A stretch of 35,541 nt of DNA from Patescibacteria group bacterium (GTDB taxonomy: Bacteria; Patescibacteriota; Patescibacteriia; UBA1558; S5-K13). How positions within the stretch are numbered: the stretch's first letter is position 1; each line of letters starts with the position of its first letter. A program made the translations under genes and the position numbers. Positions 33,799-35,541 of the stretch are shown here, one piece after another. Below the pieces are notes generated by a model, which had not been told where the DNA came from, made no database searches, and worked only from the letters and a program-made list of their open reading frames with translations. The stretch spans positions 1-35,541 of the forward strand of contig JAQVMR010000001.1 in NCBI GenBank assembly GCA_028703545.1. The letters run 5' to 3'.

Positions 33799-33953
33799 TT
33801 TATCTATTCGTAAGAAATTATTTCTCTTTTATATAGTTTATGCAATTAATAATTGCAAATTACTTCTAGTTTTTATCATTAATTAAAAAATGATAAATCT
33901 ATTTAATTATTAAAAAATAAAAAACCAAGCCAAGCTTGGAAAATAAAAAATTT

Positions 33954-35541
33954 ATGAATGTTAGAAAAATCTCTTCTCGGGACCTTCGTTCGTCTAATAG
34001 ACAGAGCTCATCCTTTGGTAGAAGAAAACAATCCATGCGTTATCATGTGAAGAAAAAAATAGCTAAAAAAGAAAATATAAAAATTGCATCATTAGATGAT
34101 ACAAAAACATCTGATTATGGAAAATTGAAAATAATGGTAATGGGTGGAAATGAAGAAGTTGGAAGAAATATGACAATTTTAGAATATGAAAAAGATATTA
34201 TTATTATTGATATGGGAGTTTCTTTTCCCGAAGAAGATATGCCGGGAATAGATTTAGTTATTCCAAATATAGAATATTTAAAAGGAAAGGAAAAAAATAT
34301 TCGTGGAATTGTTATTAGCCACGGACACTTAGATCACATTGGTGCAATTCCCTATCTTGTACCACAGTTAGGAAATCCTACAATTTATGGAACACCACTT
34401 ACCCTTGGAATTATTAAAAAAAGAGAAGAAGAGTTTAAAGATATCTCACCACTTAATCTAAAATCCGTAAAAACAAGTGATGTTTTGCATCTAGGGGTTT
34501 TTAGGGTGAAATTTTTTGCAGTGAGTCACAATATTCCAGCATCGGTTGGTCTTATAGTAGACACGCCACTTGGTAAAGTTGTTCATAGTGGTGATTTTAA
34601 ACTTGATTTTGATGGACCAAAAATGGATATGCCAGAAATTGAAAAAATTGCAGACCTGGGTAATCAAAATGTTCTAGCTCTTTTGTCTGATTCGACAAAT
34701 GCCCCCAATCCAGGACACCAAATAAGTGAATCTGAAATTAAAACAAATTTATATGAAATTTTACAAAATGTTCCAGGAAGGGTTATAGTGGGAACATTTT
34801 CATCTCTTTTAAATAGATTGCAACAAATTTTTGAAGCTTGTGAAAAATTAAATAAAAAAATCTTGATTGACGGTTATAGTATGAGAACAAATGTAGAAAT
34901 TGCTCATCAATTGGGATATTTAAGCTATAAAAAAGATTTATTAATTTCAGAAAAACAATTGAAAGAATATCCAAATAATAAAATTGTAATTTGTTGTACT
35001 GGTGCTCAGGGAGAGGATAAGGCGGTGCTTATGAGAATTGTAAATAAAGAACACAGATTTTTAAAAATTGAAAAAGGGGATACTGTAGTGTTTTCTTCAT
35101 CTGTCATTCCAGGCAATGAAAGATCTGTTCAGAGATTAAAGGATAATTTATATCGTCAGGGTGCGGATGTTATTCATTATCAGATGATGGATATTCATGC
35201 TGGCGGACACGCAAAGAAAGAAGATTTGAAATTAATGATCAATTTAGTTAAACCAAGATATTTTATCCCAATAGAGGGAAATCATTCATTTTTACATCTT
35301 CACGCAAAAATTGCACAAGAATGTGGAATAAAAGCAGAAAATATTTTTATAGCTGACAATGGTCAGGTTATGGAATTTACAAAACTTGGCGGAAAATTAA
35401 CAAATAAAAAAGTTAATGCTGATTATGTTTTTGTAGATGGACTTGGAGTTGGAGATATCTCAAACATTGTCCTTCGTGATAGAAAACAAATGTCTGAAGA
35501 TGGAATGATAGTTGCAATTGCAACAATTTCTTCAAAAACTG
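33954..35541 (+). CDS. rnj: Ribonuclease J, 5' portion (3' end lies outside the window)
   Basis: This gene is not in the supplied ORF track because the frame has no stop before the window edge. I translated it by hand from the ATG at 33954. The metallo-beta-lactamase motif VISHGHLDHIGAIPYL is present. RNase J blocks follow (FFAVSHNIPASVG, HSGDFKLD, DSTNA, HAGGHAKKEDL). The basic N-terminal extension is consistent with the family. Confidence 0.9.
   Translation, partial: MNVRKISSRDLRSSNRQSSSFGRRKQSMRYHVKKKIAKKENIKIASLDDTKTSDYGKLKIMVMGGNEEVGRNMTILEYEKDIIIIDMGVSFPEEDMPGIDLVIPNIEYLKGKEKNIRGIVISHGHLDHIGAIPYLVPQLGNPTIYGTPLTLGIIKKREEEFKDISPLNLKSVKTSDVLHLGVFRVKFFAVSHNIPASVGLIVDTPLGKVVHSGDFKLDFDGPKMDMPEIEKIADLGNQNVLALLSDSTNAPNPGHQISESEIKTNLYEILQNVPGRVIVGTFSSLLNRLQQIFEACEKLNKKILIDGYSMRTNVEIAHQLGYLSYKKDLLISEKQLKEYPNNKIVICCTGAQGEDKAVLMRIVNKEHRFLKIEKGDTVVFSSSVIPGNERSVQRLKDNLYRQGADVIHYQMMDIHAGGHAKKEDLKLMINLVKPRYFIPIEGNHSFLHLHAKIAQECGIKAENIFIADNGQVMEFTKLGGKLTNKKVNADYVFVDGLGVGDISNIVLRDRKQMSEDGMIVAIATISSKT

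Noticed and set aside
33841-33857. Perfect 8-1-8 palindrome TGCAATTAaTAATTGCA upstream of rnj. Nearby are the inverted repeat TTTATCATT/AATGATAAA (33872-33897) and the hairpin CCAAGC-caa-GCTTGG (33925-33939).
   Set aside because: These could be operator or leader structures for RNase J. However, A/T-dominated 8-9-bp arms are expected by chance a few times in a window this A+T-rich. None is followed by a U-run on the plus strand. There is not enough support to call a site.
1-35541. Alternative genetic code with UGA read as Gly or Trp, considered because the gene content looks CPR-like.
   Set aside because: Conserved genes (leuS, gpmI, rnj) and the 3,086-codon ORF are uninterrupted under the standard code. 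TGA ends three ORFs (3898-5505, the giant gene and 25778-26647) at positions consistent with the next gene's start. UGA therefore behaves as a stop.
1-35541. tRNA, rRNA, CRISPR arrays, riboswitch-like leaders.
   Set aside because: The intergenic gaps are short (the largest is 243 nt) and very A+T-rich. None shows a cloverleaf-like G+C-rich segment, spaced direct repeats or extended conserved-looking structure. This was a by-eye scan only, so small ncRNAs cannot be excluded.

Overview
This is an A+T-rich, gene-dense 35.5-kb window with 24 protein-coding genes. Both edge genes are cut by the window. I saw no rRNA, tRNA or CRISPR array by eye. Housekeeping genes include leuS, rsmA, efp, rpsF-ssb-rpsR, gpmI, secG and RNase J. 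RNase J is missing from the supplied ORF track because it runs off the 3' edge. Start codons almost never have a Shine-Dalgarno motif. Two envelope proteins carry thrombospondin-type-3 (TSP3) Ca-binding repeats. Together these suggest (inference) a small-genome, possibly episymbiotic bacterium of the CPR/Patescibacteria type that uses the standard genetic code. The main candidate for an undescribed system is a ~15.6-kb same-strand cassette at 5645-21210. It encodes a membrane-anchored TSP3-repeat protein, a 3,075-aa secreted Cys-rich giant protein, a 1,173-aa polytopic membrane protein and a 606-aa orphan. The giant protein alternates Cys-dense spacers with three CBM-like beta-sandwich modules. 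The membrane protein has a possibly TrbL/VirB6-like core, internal tandem repeats and a compositionally distinct tail. I recognise no ATPase or catalytic motif in any of the four, so function is unassigned. Secondary oddities are a perfect 17-bp G+C-rich inverted repeat lying in frame inside a solitary IS200/RAYT-like HUH gene, an Arg32-type EF-P, an S6 with a ~95-aa charged tail, a thioredoxin/DsbD-like envelope redox operon, and an L,D-transpeptidase fused to TSP3 repeats. All family assignments come from motif recognition by eye; no searches were run.
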